Shown here one piece after another: positions 33,750-46,088 of a DNA stretch of 64,000 nucleotides. The stretch comes from Eukaryota sp. TZLM1-RC (Eukaryota; Protista; Metamonada: BaSk clade), in contig JAUPSS010000002.1 of NCBI GenBank assembly GCA_040285825.1, forward strand, positions 1,426,001 through 1,490,000, read 5' to 3'. Position 1 is the stretch's first letter; the number at the start of each line of letters is the position of its first letter. Made by a program: the position numbers and the translations under genes. A model generated the notes under the pieces. The model searched no databases, was not told where the DNA came from, and saw nothing but the letters and a program-made list of their open reading frames with translations.

Positions 33750-34489
33750 TTTTTTCAGGACGCCTAACCTCCCAAGGGAATCATCACAATTAGTCTATCA
33801 GTTTATCAGTCTATTTTATTGAGTATCTTCAGTTGCATGGTTCCTAAGAGTACGTATATCGGTTTCAATGTTGAGAAGCATATCATACATCGAACCCATA
33901 TCCACTAGAGCAAAAAGAAGTATTTTGTATGGCAATTTATTGTGTGGGAAATGGATTTGGTGGAAATCCATTGCAGAATATCCATTTATTCATTTAGTTA
34001 TTTGTATAGTTTTACTATTTTAGATGCCATGTCCATTGACCCTTGTTATTCTTCTAACGAACATTTCATTAACGCAGATGTAGATAATTCTTTTCTTGTT
34101 GGCGAAAAAATAAAATTGTTAAATATGCGAAACCCATTTTCTCAGTTAATGAAAATTCTCATGCCCAATATAATTTATGTCCCTTTGTTTTTTCTTTGTT
34201 AAGATCTCTAGGTAAGGCTGCTTTTCCTTGAGGATTTTTTTGTAGTTGTAAAGGAAAGAACTGGAAGAATTTTCAATCGTGTTTACTGGCAAAACAGAAT
34301 TGTATTTTACATTTTTAAGGGAATGGTAAAACTAATTTCTGATTCACTATCTTCTTTTGGGAAATTTTCTGATTCTTTAGCAAATAATTATTTTGATGTA
34401 GGGGAGGCAGGTTTTGAGGATGTGGAGTTTTAGTTGTGTGTTTTATGTTTTCATATTTCTTATTAAAGAGTATTTATAAAAATTTTCCG

Positions 34490-35480
34490 TATTTATTGAA
34501 TTTGCACACTTAATTAAATAAACTCAAAACTAATGGGACAACTATCATTGAACCTTATTAAATGAATAAAATTTCTTTTTTTTGTATATTAATTTTATTA
34601 ATAACCTATAAATCAACATCTAAATAATCCACCTCTCCCAAAACAAAAACCCTAGAAGAAATTCCAAATGGGCCTGCTGCTTTTCCTTTTGGCAGTTTTT
34701 GAATAGAATTAAGAACTTCAATTGTAGAAATTGGATTTTCGATCCAAAAAGGACAAACATCAGGCTTGCTGCACCTGATTTTTTTGAGGGTGTAACTTTT
34801 GAAGTTTTCAAGGGTTTCAGAATTTGCATCAGCCAAAGAAGAGGAAAACAAAGACTGTTTTGCAGTTCCATAACGATCACGTACTTTCGGATAACTTTTG
34901 ATTTTACAATTTTTTATTCCAAAGTTTTTTTAAAACAATTTTTGTTTTTTCTAGCAAAATATTTCCAAAATGATGAAATATTCCACTTATTATTTTTTAA
35001 TTCAGAAGTAAAACGTCGCATCTCTATTGAGAAGGGAATTGTACTGGCGGGGCTAATTTCTACTGGAATCTGAATCGGAGGTCTAACGGTATCCGCAGCT
35101 TTACAATTGGGGCAAAACAAAAGTGTTCGACCATTTCTTGAATCTTTCACAGCTTTTCTTGCAAAATGGACAACAAAGATTAATGGTTTCAGAAGGGGAA
35201 GAGAGTGAACACCAGAAGCATTTAACTGAAGATCGTCAGAATCATTGTTTTCAGAACAATTTAAATCGGCATCAACTGGAATGGAACATTGGAGAATTTG
35301 CTGAGCAGATTTTAATTCAATTTCTCTTTTTTGTTTTTCAGGGCATGTTTTCGAATTATAACCATTTATACCACAAATCGAACATTTTTTAGAAACTTAT
35401 AAACAATTTGGTTGTGATCCAAGATTTAAAGGACCCATTTTTTCTTTTTGTTCTTGAGAATTTTCAGCAACTGACTCTTT
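34490..35480 (-). mobile_element. Deleted RLE retrotransposon: N-terminal zinc-knuckle/RT-start fragment next to a family-A 3' stub
   Basis: CSICGINGYNSKTCP knuckle-like motif (about 35385-35341), CPNC, ISTIEVLNSIQKLPKGKAAGPFG (RT domain-0 motif); 34490-34554 matches the family-A terminus tatttattgaatttgcacactt. Confidence 0.7.
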
Positions 35481-35539
35481 TATCTGAATAGAAAAACGAA
35501 AAACAACATGCCAGCCATAATGAATGCTGTTATTTAAGC

Positions 35540-36746
35540 CATAATTGTTGTTGGTGGTAGATTTTTGGCTCTTTCCAATTTTGGCAGGTGAAAACAGTTT
35601 TCGAGAAACGGAGTTGTTGATAGAGCGCGCAACAGAACGTAAGGAACGAAATTGTGGCTCCTGTGTGTTTTTTCCGGCAGAGTGATCAGTCCCTGATTGA
35701 ATCGAGTTCTTCTCGCGCTTTGACGTTGTCGATCATTTGCAGCGCTACACGATAGTCTGCTTCGTTTACAGCCTCTGCTGCTTCCCATATATAACCTTCC
35801 AGGCCTTTTTGCTTGTAATGTTTGCAGAAGTTTGCACACAAATGTCTCAGACAGTAAGCATGCGCTACATCATTTTCAAATACCTCGTTTACAGTTTTTT
35901 AAATAGATGGGTGACGATCAGACACAATAACAAGATGAGGATCTTTTAGGCTTTCCTTCAATAAAGATAGAAAATACTTCCAGTTGACATCGTTTTCAAT
36001 ATCAACAATCGCATATGCAAGAGGAAACAGTTGTCCTTCTGCGTCAACAGCGGTGGCCGAGAGCAAGGTTCCCCCAGATGGACTGTGAAGATGAGCCCCA
36101 TCAATACTGACGAACTTTCTACTGTGTACAAAAGCCTTGATGGCATAGCTCATCATTACAAAACAGCGAACAAAAACTCCTTCATTATCTTCCACGTGAA
36201 AGACACTTCCTGGATTGGCATACAGCAATTCTTTCTTATAAGTGTTGAGAAGAGCAAACGATACTTCCACATTGCCAAACAGTCTCTTTTTAAGAAGAGT
36301 CACACTTTTCCATCGAACTGTGTAGGATTCGATTTCCACTCTGTAGATCATTTTAAAGTCAGTAAAGAGATTCGAGGCGTTGTAACTTCTGCTTAAGTTC
36401 ACTGTTTCGATGAAGAAAGGATGCTCGACAATGAAAACGGCATTAGCGTTTTTGTTCGTCAGTCGTTGAAGTTTTGTACAAGTATGAGGTGACAAGGAGA
36501 TGATTGTCCACTCTTCATCAGAAACCTTCTTGCACGTAACAGAGAATTCACAGGACATTTGGCAGCAAGAAGCTCGACATCGTAACTTGTCACTATGAGT
36601 GTATTTGATCTCACGTCTTTCAAGAAGACTGTCGTGTATAAGGCGTAGTTGAAAGTTTTTTTATCCTTGAATGTAGACTCTTTCTTCAGGGCAGCGATAT
36701 TTAAAGAATACATTATAGAGCAGCGGTGGTATAAAAACAATTATGG
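35540..36746 (-). mobile_element. MULE/Mutator transposase pseudogene
   Basis: CEFSVTC..HTC, NPGS, SIDGAHL, AVDAEGQLFPLAYAIVDIEN..W..FL, IVSDRH, then HAYCLRHLCANF after a frame break. Confidence 0.9.
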
Positions 36747-36782
36747 TGGAATGAAGGTAATTTTGAAAGTCTTTTAATGGTA

Positions 36783-37643
36783 TATTTATTGAATTTGCAC
36801 ACTTGATTAAATTAAATCATAACTAATGGTACGACTATCATTAAACCAAGATTTCCTCTACAAAATCTTGATTTGCTTGCTGTCTAGCTAAAGCTTCTCT
36901 AATTCGATTGAAAAACCGCGGTAATCTATTAATAATGGCAAATTGAATCCGTGAACGCCATAAAAAAATATCAAATCTTTTCATTGTTTTTTCTTTCACC
37001 ATTTTTTGGAAGTCATCCAAAAAACTTTCTGCTTCAACTGATAATCTTCCATTTATCGAAAATGGAAAAGCAATAAAAACCAGCTCTGTATTTCTATCGA
37101 TATTTGCATCTTCAATTTCTTTATCATATTTTCTATGTTTTTCTTTTGCTTTAAAATCCAGAGCAGCCACAGGATTAAGTTTTCTTCTGTGAACCAAAGT
37201 ATCGTTTGCAACATTACATGAGACAAAGTCAACAATAGCTTCAGAATTATCAATCCAATCACAGTATACATCACCTCTATCATCAGAACCAAAATTATTC
37301 AGAGAAAGTGTTTCTTTCAGCAGGGGCTCTTTGATACACGATATCCTTGCAGTTTGTGCCATATTGAAAACAGTGTCTCTAACAGCATCATGTAATGAAG
37401 AACGATAAGTTATCAATTTAGAGCAATTTAGAGCATGACGCAAAGTGAGTTGAGGTGAATTCGAACAAATACATTTTTCTTTTGATAATAATTGGTTAAT
37501 GGGGATGTTCAAATATAATCTCATTTTTGTTACAAATGCTTCATTAGTAGCACACAATCCAAATCTTCGTGGTACAATGGTTACAAAAAGTGAAGAATCT
37601 GACACCTTGTTTTCACAAACACCCTTTTCCAATAACAATGAGT
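36783..37643 (-). mobile_element. 5'-truncated RLE family A copy, 11-bp TSD
   Basis: Nearly identical to 10179-11039; TTTTAATGGTA at 36772-36782 and 37644-37654. Confidence 0.92.
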
Positions 37644-37728
37644 TTTTAATGGTACAGAACTAATTTTCCCAAAAATAAATTTCTGATTCAAAAAAAGAAT
37701 ATCCATTGTAACTTCCAATCACTCAAAC

Positions 37729-40700
37729 ATGCAGCAGCTCTTATTCTTGCTCGCATTCGTATGTGCTCTGGTATTTGCTGACCGTTTCGATGATCTTCTT
37801 CCAGCTCCAAGTGCAGAGCTTCAATCATTGTCTACCCGTGCCATCAATCTTCCTCCACTGGAGATTTCTGAAAAAATAGGAGGATTTGCTATTCATACCT
37901 TGCGATCCCAAAATCGCAAGTTGTGGCTAGACCCCGAGTCTACTGCTAACGGTTCTTTGACCCTCACCCTTGACGGAGGCCATACGGACAACTCCTTTAC
38001 TCCTTTTCGCGACTCTTCGATCAACTATACGTACTTTATTGGCCTCGGTTCGTTTGTCATCCCTGTTGTTGTGCTCATCGCCATTCTTTTGCTACTATTC
38101 ACCATCATTTTCATCAAAGCTCTGATCACCCTCATCCTGTCATTGTTTAATAAGAATAAGAATCCAAAATACGATGAAATTCCCTCGCTTCCAAAACTAC
38201 TTTTTAAATACACCCTCTTTTTGTTTGCCTTCTCTATCCTTGTTGCTTATTCAGGAGCCCTTTCTTCTCATAGATCATTCCGAAATATTATAGATATTTA
38301 TCCAAACTTAGATCCTGTGGTGCAAACTTTAATTAATCAAGGTTCTAAATCGTATTCTCTATCACAAGGTTTTATTGAAATTGTTGCTAATTTCATTGAT
38401 AGTCTTTGGACAGTGTTGCCAGACAGATTTGTGATTTCTTCAAACTTTACGTGTGCTAGTTCATTGTTGACTGACTTTCCTAATATGGATCCTTTGATTG
38501 ATTACATTGATTATGTCGATGATCACGTTGTGCTTGACGAATCAGCTCTTTTTTCCGAATTAACTCATATTTATGGTTTAAATGCAGAAAACAACAACTT
38601 TTCATCAACAAGTGGTGATTTAAATCAATTTATTAGCTCTTTACCTTCCACCTTCCAGAACTCTTTACTCTCTCTTGGTCACCATCTTTCTGATATTGAT
38701 TCTTTGATGAATCCAGTCGTGGCTGACTCACTCACCAATAGTGCAAGTGTAACAAGTGATTTAAACTTTATCTCCAGTTCAGCTTTATTAACCAGGTTGC
38801 CCACTATGAACAATCAACATGAATCAATTAATTTGATTGACCATTCTTCCCACAACACCTTCACATCATTGGACTCCCATGTGACCAGTGTTGACTCTTA
38901 CCTCTCATCAAGCTTAATCAATGACGTGTCCACAGTTTACAACAGATTAAATGAGTTGGGGAACGTCAATACTGAATCATTTAGATCCAATCTTGGAAAC
39001 TTTGATACTGCCAATGCAGATTCTGTGGAAAATGATTTGAGTTTCATCAATAATTTGTCTTGGCCCGATTTGAATAACTTAGAAAGTACCATTAACAACC
39101 TTGAAGCTGAAATGGAATCGGCAATTGATTTGACGGTGATTAGAGATGGGATTGAAAAGGTCATTAATGGTTTGACTGTCCTTGACTCTGCATTTTTAAA
39201 TAACTTTGAAACTGATTTTAATGATTTCTTATCAAGAGTTAATTCACTCGTCAATGTATTACCAACTTTTATCACCAGTTTGTCTGATCTTGATACCAAC
39301 ATCAATCAGCTTCCCAACCAATCAATCATCAAAGATTTGATGGATGTTGTTCACTCTTTTCAAGCTGCTGTGACCACCTTTGGAAGTAATTTTCTTGATG
39401 ATTTGGAAAATGATTTAATTATTGTTGGTGATTTTTTAAATAATTTACCTAATGTTGCCACTGACTTGTCTGACAATTATTCCATTGAATCTTCTAAATT
39501 ATCACATTTATTACAAGTTTTTTCAATTAATCCACAAATCCTTAATAATGTATTAAATCAGTTAGCAGACTTAATCAATGGAATTGATTGTTTAAGTTCA
39601 CTTCAATCATTTTTAGAACTAATTGATCTTGAAATATTGATACTTCCTGAATTAGTCATGAATGTTTCAGATTCTTTTTCTAATTTTACTGGAGTTTATT
39701 CTAATTTTAATATTGCTGAATTTGAAAGTTTTGTTTCTTATATTAATGGTACTGATCCCTATGCTACAGGTACCCTCAATCAGCCAGAGTTTATTAATGT
39801 TTTGACCCTTTTATATGAACTTCCCCACAATTATAACAATTTAAATAATTTTGGAAATTTTCTTTCTGAATTCAATTCCTTTGTTACTGAATACTATTCT
39901 ATTCCAAATGATTTTATTTCTGAATTTACCTCTTTCACGGAAGTTGTTGATTCTGTTCGTGATTTGACACATTTTGGCCAACAATTTCAAGATTTTAATA
40001 CGTTATTGTCTAATTTACCAGATTTAAATCCAATTTCGACGTTCATTTCCAATATTATAGGCTTGACAAATTCTCTATCAGTCTCTGATCTAACCAACAT
40101 TAGGAATGTGCTTGATGAGATTATCAATAATTACCACCCATTTGTTAGTAATCCTGATATTAATAATGAAATCGGAAGGGTTTTGGCTTTGGAGAACAAC
40201 CTTGTTTCCCAATACAGTACTTGCAGAGATGTTCTTTTGGAATGTGCATCTAATGGCAATCAGTGTGGGTCACACTCAAGTTGTGATTTGATTGCAAGTG
40301 CACTTGATGAGGTTGCAGTTATAAACCCTGATTACTTTCCTGATTTGGAAAGTTCATTGATCTTGTTAGAAAGTCAATACGATTCTTTGAATGTCGAGTT
40401 ACATTCCGCTTTAATTACCGATTACGATTCTTATATCAGCGAGTTTCAAAATATTCAACTTTATCCTGGCGACATTAATTCAGTCTTTGATTTTGTCACA
40501 AGCCTTTCTGATTATAATGATTTAAATGACTATTTTGTCAGTTTTGATGCTCAACTATCAAATATGTTCAACTTTGCATCATTTGGATCTGCTTGCATGA
40601 GCATGCAAGATTCTCTTCTTAATTTTCCTGATTTAAATATTTACGCTTCTTCAATTCAGAAAATTGGAAACCTGTTGGATTCTTTTTCCTGGAGCGATGG

Positions 40701-41859
40701 ACCACAACAAACAGCATTGGAATCTGAAATTTCCAATTTGGAATTATTTGTTTTTAGTTTGCCCAGTGGAAATTTTTTAAAGGATTTAGTTAATTCAATT
40801 GATGTTTTCCTTTTATCATTTCCTGATGATTTAAATGATTTAATTTCCATTGGTCAAGAATTGGTTGATACATATTACTCTCCTCAGTTAACTGACTATT
40901 TTATTGGAAATCTCACTAGTGAAGCCTCAAAAATTAAAGAATTCTTTATGGATGTAAATTCTTTTTGGAAATCATTTAATAATGGTAATTACCAGCAATG
41001 GATTAACGTACTAGCTGCTCTTGACATGTTTAGAGTGTTGGTCTCTCTTGTTCCCTTTTTCATTGCTCTAATTCCTTTTGTAATTGGTTACCTGGCTATT
41101 TCAGTGTGTAAAACAAGAAGAATATTTAAAGCATTCAATTTCTTTTTAGTTTTTGTTTTAATTCTTGTTTCAATTGTTTATATTCCGTTTGCTTTTATTT
41201 CTATTGGCGCTGTTGATTTTTGTGAATCTTTTGATAATACTTCATTGGTAAAGGGTTTACCAGATCTCAGTGTTGCTTATCCAATCAATTTGGGTGATTT
41301 TAGTCATGAATTAAATGTCAATTCCACTGAATTTTTCAATCATTTTCTTTATTGTGAAAGTGATTCTGAATTAAATACTGGGTTTGAATCTTTCTCTGAT
41401 TCTATTTTAGATTTTTATATATTCAACTTTTTTAATTCATCCTTTTTAGGAAGTGAGCTTTCTTTTTATGAATCTTTAAGGCCCCTATCTCGTGTATATG
41501 CTGATAGTATTTCTCTGTGGACCTCCCAAGAAGTCAAAACTTTTCTTTTGGAAACCTATCAATCAGTTTCAAACTGTTCGATGTATTCCCCATTAGTCGA
41601 AACCATTTCATTTGATTTTTGCACTGGTTTTGTGAATGGAAGTTCCTTGTATGTGACTGCAGCTTTAATTGCATTAATTTCGGGATTGTTTTTATTAATC
41701 TATGGAACTCTGTTTGTTTCCCCTAAAAAATTGAAAGCTGGTACAAAAAACGAGCAAAAACTTGAAAATAATAGAGATGTTCCAGTGACTTATTCGGTTG
41801 AACAAAGAAAAATCCCTGTAAATCAAGTTGCTGAATATATTCCGGGCCAAGTTGTATAA
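37729..41859 (+). CDS. Large membrane glycoprotein with prominin/tweety-like topology
   Basis: Signal peptide, 2 N-terminal TMs, about 900-aa helical ectodomain, C-terminal TMs with DFC and Cys motifs. Confidence 0.65.
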   Translation: MQQLLFLLAFVCALVFADRFDDLLPAPSAELQSLSTRAINLPPLEISEKIGGFAIHTLRSQNRKLWLDPESTANGSLTLTLDGGHTDNSFTPFRDSSINYTYFIGLGSFVIPVVVLIAILLLLFTIIFIKALITLILSLFNKNKNPKYDEIPSLPKLLFKYTLFLFAFSILVAYSGALSSHRSFRNIIDIYPNLDPVVQTLINQGSKSYSLSQGFIEIVANFIDSLWTVLPDRFVISSNFTCASSLLTDFPNMDPLIDYIDYVDDHVVLDESALFSELTHIYGLNAENNNFSSTSGDLNQFISSLPSTFQNSLLSLGHHLSDIDSLMNPVVADSLTNSASVTSDLNFISSSALLTRLPTMNNQHESINLIDHSSHNTFTSLDSHVTSVDSYLSSSLINDVSTVYNRLNELGNVNTESFRSNLGNFDTANADSVENDLSFINNLSWPDLNNLESTINNLEAEMESAIDLTVIRDGIEKVINGLTVLDSAFLNNFETDFNDFLSRVNSLVNVLPTFITSLSDLDTNINQLPNQSIIKDLMDVVHSFQAAVTTFGSNFLDDLENDLIIVGDFLNNLPNVATDLSDNYSIESSKLSHLLQVFSINPQILNNVLNQLADLINGIDCLSSLQSFLELIDLEILILPELVMNVSDSFSNFTGVYSNFNIAEFESFVSYINGTDPYATGTLNQPEFINVLTLLYELPHNYNNLNNFGNFLSEFNSFVTEYYSIPNDFISEFTSFTEVVDSVRDLTHFGQQFQDFNTLLSNLPDLNPISTFISNIIGLTNSLSVSDLTNIRNVLDEIINNYHPFVSNPDINNEIGRVLALENNLVSQYSTCRDVLLECASNGNQCGSHSSCDLIASALDEVAVINPDYFPDLESSLILLESQYDSLNVELHSALITDYDSYISEFQNIQLYPGDINSVFDFVTSLSDYNDLNDYFVSFDAQLSNMFNFASFGSACMSMQDSLLNFPDLNIYASSIQKIGNLLDSFSWSDGPQQTALESEISNLELFVFSLPSGNFLKDLVNSIDVFLLSFPDDLNDLISIGQELVDTYYSPQLTDYFIGNLTSEASKIKEFFMDVNSFWKSFNNGNYQQWINVLAALDMFRVLVSLVPFFIALIPFVIGYLAISVCKTRRIFKAFNFFLVFVLILVSIVYIPFAFISIGAVDFCESFDNTSLVKGLPDLSVAYPINLGDFSHELNVNSTEFFNHFLYCESDSELNTGFESFSDSILDFYIFNFFNSSFLGSELSFYESLRPLSRVYADSISLWTSQEVKTFLLETYQSVSNCSMYSPLVETISFDFCTGFVNGSSLYVTAALIALISGLFLLIYGTLFVSPKKLKAGTKNEQKLENNRDVPVTYSVEQRKIPVNQVAEYIPGQVV

Positions 41860-41907
41860 ATGTTTTGAATTGTAAATAAATAATAATTTTTTTAATTTAA
41901 ATAAATA

Positions 41908-42876
41908 TCACCTCAAACTAGCAAGCTGTGTGATAATTGCAGCTGACGTCACTCCTATCGATAGGGCAACAGAGCTCCAGAATTTGACAGTATCTTTTTT
42001 GTTGAAATGTTTACGTGAATGACTCAAATCAGAGTTGTCTTCAAAATTGTAGGGAAAAGCGGTTAAACATCTAAACAAAGGTTCCGGTAAATCTGCCCTT
42101 GAAATAACTTTATCAATAAATACTTGATTATTTAAATAAACCCTTGATTTGTCCATTAATAAAGTCCACGGGGTACATGAATCAATGTTGGAAAAAATAG
42201 CGTGGCAGGTTGTGAAATCTGGATCACCAGAAAGTAAAACAGACTTATTGTGCAAGATGACCAAAGCTGAAAGAACTGCGGGGGCAAGAGGTGATGATGT
42301 GATGAAGAAGTCAGTCAAACGGGTTCTGATTGTGATTGCATCAACAACGTGATTAAACCAGGTCAATACCCATGAAACTGCAAAAAGTGGTGGTGCTTGC
42401 ATTGAATCTTGCAGAAATTTAGCAACATTTGGGTCAATTTCTTCAAGAATGACATTCACTAATGACAAATAGGCAGTAGTGCAGGTAAAGTCAGGCAAAA
42501 GAAAGTGTCTGAGATGGAACTGGGCTAAACGGGTTAGTATTCGAGTGGTAACTTGGAGATCCTTGGTTGTGCGTAATACTGTTTCACCAATTTCATGGAA
42601 GCCTTGGTAGTAGTGCAGACCTTCCATGGATGACAGAGAGGAAAGAACAGCAGCAGAGAGGTCAGTTCTGAGTTGCTTTAGTTCAGAATCTCTCTTTTGC
42701 ACATTGGGATTGGATTTGTAAATGTCCCACATAGAGCGGTTCACATCACATTCTACTTGACGCTTAAAGCGGTCAGAGCAGCACTGACCAATGAATGTGG
42801 AGCGTGTATTATCATGGTGATTAAGGCAAAGAGCAGATAGCCATTTTTTGCTGAAATGTGACTTAATGTTGGCCAT
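41908..42876 (-). CDS. TBC-domain RabGAP, TBC1D20/Gyp8-like
   Basis: QVECDVNRS, LHYYQGFHEI, FAVSWVLTWFNH, RLTDFFITSSPL; C-terminal hydrophobic anchor. Confidence 0.88.
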   Translation of the reverse strand: MANIKSHFSKKWLSALCLNHHDNTRSTFIGQCCSDRFKRQVECDVNRSMWDIYKSNPNVQKRDSELKQLRTDLSAAVLSSLSSMEGLHYYQGFHEIGETVLRTTKDLQVTTRILTRLAQFHLRHFLLPDFTCTTAYLSLVNVILEEIDPNVAKFLQDSMQAPPLFAVSWVLTWFNHVVDAITIRTRLTDFFITSSPLAPAVLSALVILHNKSVLLSGDPDFTTCHAIFSNIDSCTPWTLLMDKSRVYLNNQVFIDKVISRADLPEPLFRCLTAFPYNFEDNSDLSHSRKHFNKKDTVKFWSSVALSIGVTSAAIITQLASLR

Positions 42877-42969
42877 GATAGGCCCAATAGATCAAAAAAG
42901 AAAGAAATGGTGTTGGAGAAAACACAACATTAATAATATTAATTAATTCAATAATTTTGTTTATTGACT

Positions 42970-43765
42970 AATATTTATTGAGCTAAAAAAAATCTATCTA
43001 GAATTCAATATCCTCCAAACAAGCGTCACTATTACTAAACCTACTCACAGCATTACGTTCATATTCTACACCAATAGCTAAAAGTGCCTTTGAAATCATT
43101 GTAGGAATAGACTTGAAAATGCAAAAAACAATTCTATTTAACCAGAAAGTGGAATTCATTGTTTTACCAGACCTATTCAGTAACACTTTATTGAAATTTT
43201 CCAAAAAGTGCAACCCTGAAGGTCCAATATTGCCAAAAAGAGAAATTGCAAACGGCACAAACTGATATTTCACATGTTCCACTCTACCTAACTGTGCAAA
43301 AGGTTCTTCATATTTTTTTATCTTCTTTTTTTCGGCGTTAGATAACGGCGAATCAGCGGAATACACTAAAGGAGCAGCAGAATTTTTGCAAACATCAACT
43401 GAGACAACATCTACAACATTGAGAACACCATCGATCCTTGGAGCTACTAAGACTGCCCTTCTTTTACCAAAGGAATCATCAGTTTGATCTGGAGATAGCT
43501 TACGTACTAATGGCTCAATAAATGCCTCTATATTGAAACTTTTGCACATGGCATATAATTGATCACGAACTGAGTCATGAACAATTGAGCGATAAGTTAT
43601 AAAATACTTACAGTTTAAAATATGGGAAAGCGTAACAACACTCTTGCAGCGGCAAATTAAATCATTTGGTAAAGAACAAGGCCATAGAAAACATCTCATT
43701 CTCATTGCAGTGGTTCATTGGTGATCATTAAGTAGAAGGCCATAAATGTTGGGAATTTGGGAGAT
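42970..43765 (-). mobile_element. 5'-truncated RLE retrotransposon family B
   Basis: ORF 42998..43705: CRC..HILNC, RSIVHDSVRD, IEP, VDVVSVD, AEKKKIKKY, FVPFAISLFG. Confidence 0.88.
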
Positions 43766-44193
43766 TCAATAATCAGCAATGAAAAATTGGAATCCTGTTT
43801 TAAATCATAGATAGCCCAATTTCTCACCCGATCTGAATAAATATTCCATTTAAAAAAAAGATCTGATGGAGTATAATCTAATGCATGTCAATACGTTGAA
43901 AGTAGTCTCACTAAAGTTCAAAAACAAACTTGATCACGGTTTTAGTTTTCCTGGCGTTAAGAGTAATGTTTTTTAAAATATGTTCAACGGAACTCTTGAA
44001 AAATATGCAGATATTATAAAATATATTGGTTAAACTGTCAAAAGATTAATATATTTATGGATTTGAATTATGCCATTCGAGTTTAAAATAAAGTAAACCA
44101 AAATATATATATTTACAAATATTTTACACCTCACTACAATCAGGCAACAACTGCAGGAAAGAATCAATTTCATGATGATAACTGACTAAATTT

Positions 44194-45801
44194 CTAAAAA
44201 GAATTAAAACTATTAAACAGAATTTCAAAATTATTAACTATTGAATATATTTTGGAAAACTTACTGAAATTGATGACTTCAGACGACACAATAGCATCTT
44301 GTGAAAGCAAAATAAAAACAACATCATTGACAAAAAGTCCAAACCAAGGAACGCAATAAGAATTTGCTTTTGATTTTGATAAATCAGAAAAAACTTGTCG
44401 AAGATTACAAAAATTATTTCTAACATCAAATATATCAAAAAGATTCGTTAATTTTGAGCGTTGCTTACGTGATAAAGACGACCATAAATGATTTTGTTTC
44501 TGAATTGCGGTGCTTTTTAAACCAGTAACAATTGCTAATAAAGAATTGTAATTGTTTAATTTGACTAATTCAAAAACAATTTCAATGATAAATTTGAATA
44601 ACTTTATCTGGTCGCTTTTATTAGAATTAAAAGTCTGAATTAAATGGACAGGCCAAGATACAAAACTTTCAAATCTTGTAACCAATAATTTATAAGAAGA
44701 ATTGTTTGAAATAGGGCGATTTAACGCTTTTTGTTGGGAAATTAACAATAGCAGTTTTGGCGGAAGTTTTTCAATCAAATCAATGTCGATGCGGGTCAAA
44801 AACCCTGCTACATGATGTGATATTTGATTGATTGCACGCTCTTTTAAAATAATATTGGCTAATTTCTGGAAATAAAGCTCTTTTTCAGCAATTGTTGGAA
44901 TAAATATATAATCTTCAAAAGGAAATTCACTAATGTTAAATTTCACAAATCTGTTGATAATTAATGTAAATTCATTGGAAATAGACTGTAATTTGAGAAA
45001 ATCAGCGACTGATTTGAAATCAGCAAGAAAATTCAAAAGAGAACGATCAAAATCAATCAAAGAAGGTTCAAAATGATCACGTAACCATGTCAAAATCAGA
45101 TTGAAACACCTTAGAACAACAGCCTTTGATTGAACATCAACTGTTTCTATTTTTGGAAACTGGCCTTCCTCCAAAACGCCCAGGGTACACTTAATTCTAA
45201 AAGACAATAGTTCAAAAAAATCAAATACCGATATAATTACTGGAATAGAATACAAGAAAACCTTTAAATCAAAAGAATCTGGTGGACTGGGCCCCGTTAA
45301 ATACTCAATCAACAAGTCTTCTGTGACCAAAAAGAAAGAACATCCAGTGCGAGAGCTGGTAGAGAAGGAACGTCTGGAGGTAGCAAACTGCCTGCTAGAG
45401 GACAGTCGATGGAGAGGTGCAGTGGGTGGAGAGATGGGGGCGGAAGAAGAGCGGTAAGAAGGCTCAGGGAGTGAATTATGGAGCAAATCATCTATATGTA
45501 CATCAGACTCGGTGGAGGGGGAATTACAAGGAGAAGGTAGGACTGGAAGAGAAGGAGAACTGGAAGAACTTGAAACAAAATTCGGGATGGTTGGTGGAGA
45601 AGGCGGTGTAAGCTCAGGGGAAGGAAGGTTAAAGAGACCACCATTTCCAGAGATTGTGGAAGATGATTGAAATGACTGGACGGTAGGGTTGGTTGTGGAA
45701 GAAGAATCACTATCACTGGGGGGATAGTCAAAGGTAAAGGAACACAGCTCAGTAATGGCTGACAGAGCTTCGTCAATAGCATGATCAGCTGTATTGTCCA
45801 T
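44194..45801 (-). CDS. RasGEF (CDC25-domain) protein
   Basis: REM-like region and LNNYNSLLAIVTGLKS..I...W, NFCNLR, CVPWFGLFVNDVVFI, INFSKF. Confidence 0.85.
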   Translation of the reverse strand: MDNTADHAIDEALSAITELCSFTFDYPPSDSDSSSTTNPTVQSFQSSSTISGNGGLFNLPSPELTPPSPPTIPNFVSSSSSSPSLPVLPSPCNSPSTESDVHIDDLLHNSLPEPSYRSSSAPISPPTAPLHRLSSSRQFATSRRSFSTSSRTGCSFFLVTEDLLIEYLTGPSPPDSFDLKVFLYSIPVIISVFDFFELLSFRIKCTLGVLEEGQFPKIETVDVQSKAVVLRCFNLILTWLRDHFEPSLIDFDRSLLNFLADFKSVADFLKLQSISNEFTLIINRFVKFNISEFPFEDYIFIPTIAEKELYFQKLANIILKERAINQISHHVAGFLTRIDIDLIEKLPPKLLLLISQQKALNRPISNNSSYKLLVTRFESFVSWPVHLIQTFNSNKSDQIKLFKFIIEIVFELVKLNNYNSLLAIVTGLKSTAIQKQNHLWSSLSRKQRSKLTNLFDIFDVRNNFCNLRQVFSDLSKSKANSYCVPWFGLFVNDVVFILLSQDAIVSSEVINFSKFSKIYSIVNNFEILFNSFNSF

Positions 45802-46088
45802 TGAATAGCATGGCGTATGCCAACTTTAAGGCGTGAAAAAGAAGGAAAAATTTGTTTGTTTTACTGAATCAAATGACTAACTGAAAATGCTAAAGGTTCA
45901 GAGCGTATATGAAAATAGACTGTCAATGTGTGATTTCTCATCAAGTTTACAACAACTGAGGAGGTATACATGATCTCACAAGGAAGAAACAAGTTTTTCT
46001 ATTTTAAGATAAACGGTTCAAGTTTTTCTGACAAACATTCAAATTGGTTTTTTAAATCAAAATAATAACATTAATAATATTTAATTTT

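Noticed and set aside
35539-36746. 11-bp inverted match CCATAATTGTT/AACAATTATGG as MULE TIRs
   Set aside because: Too short for typical MULE TIRs and no 9-bp TSD found
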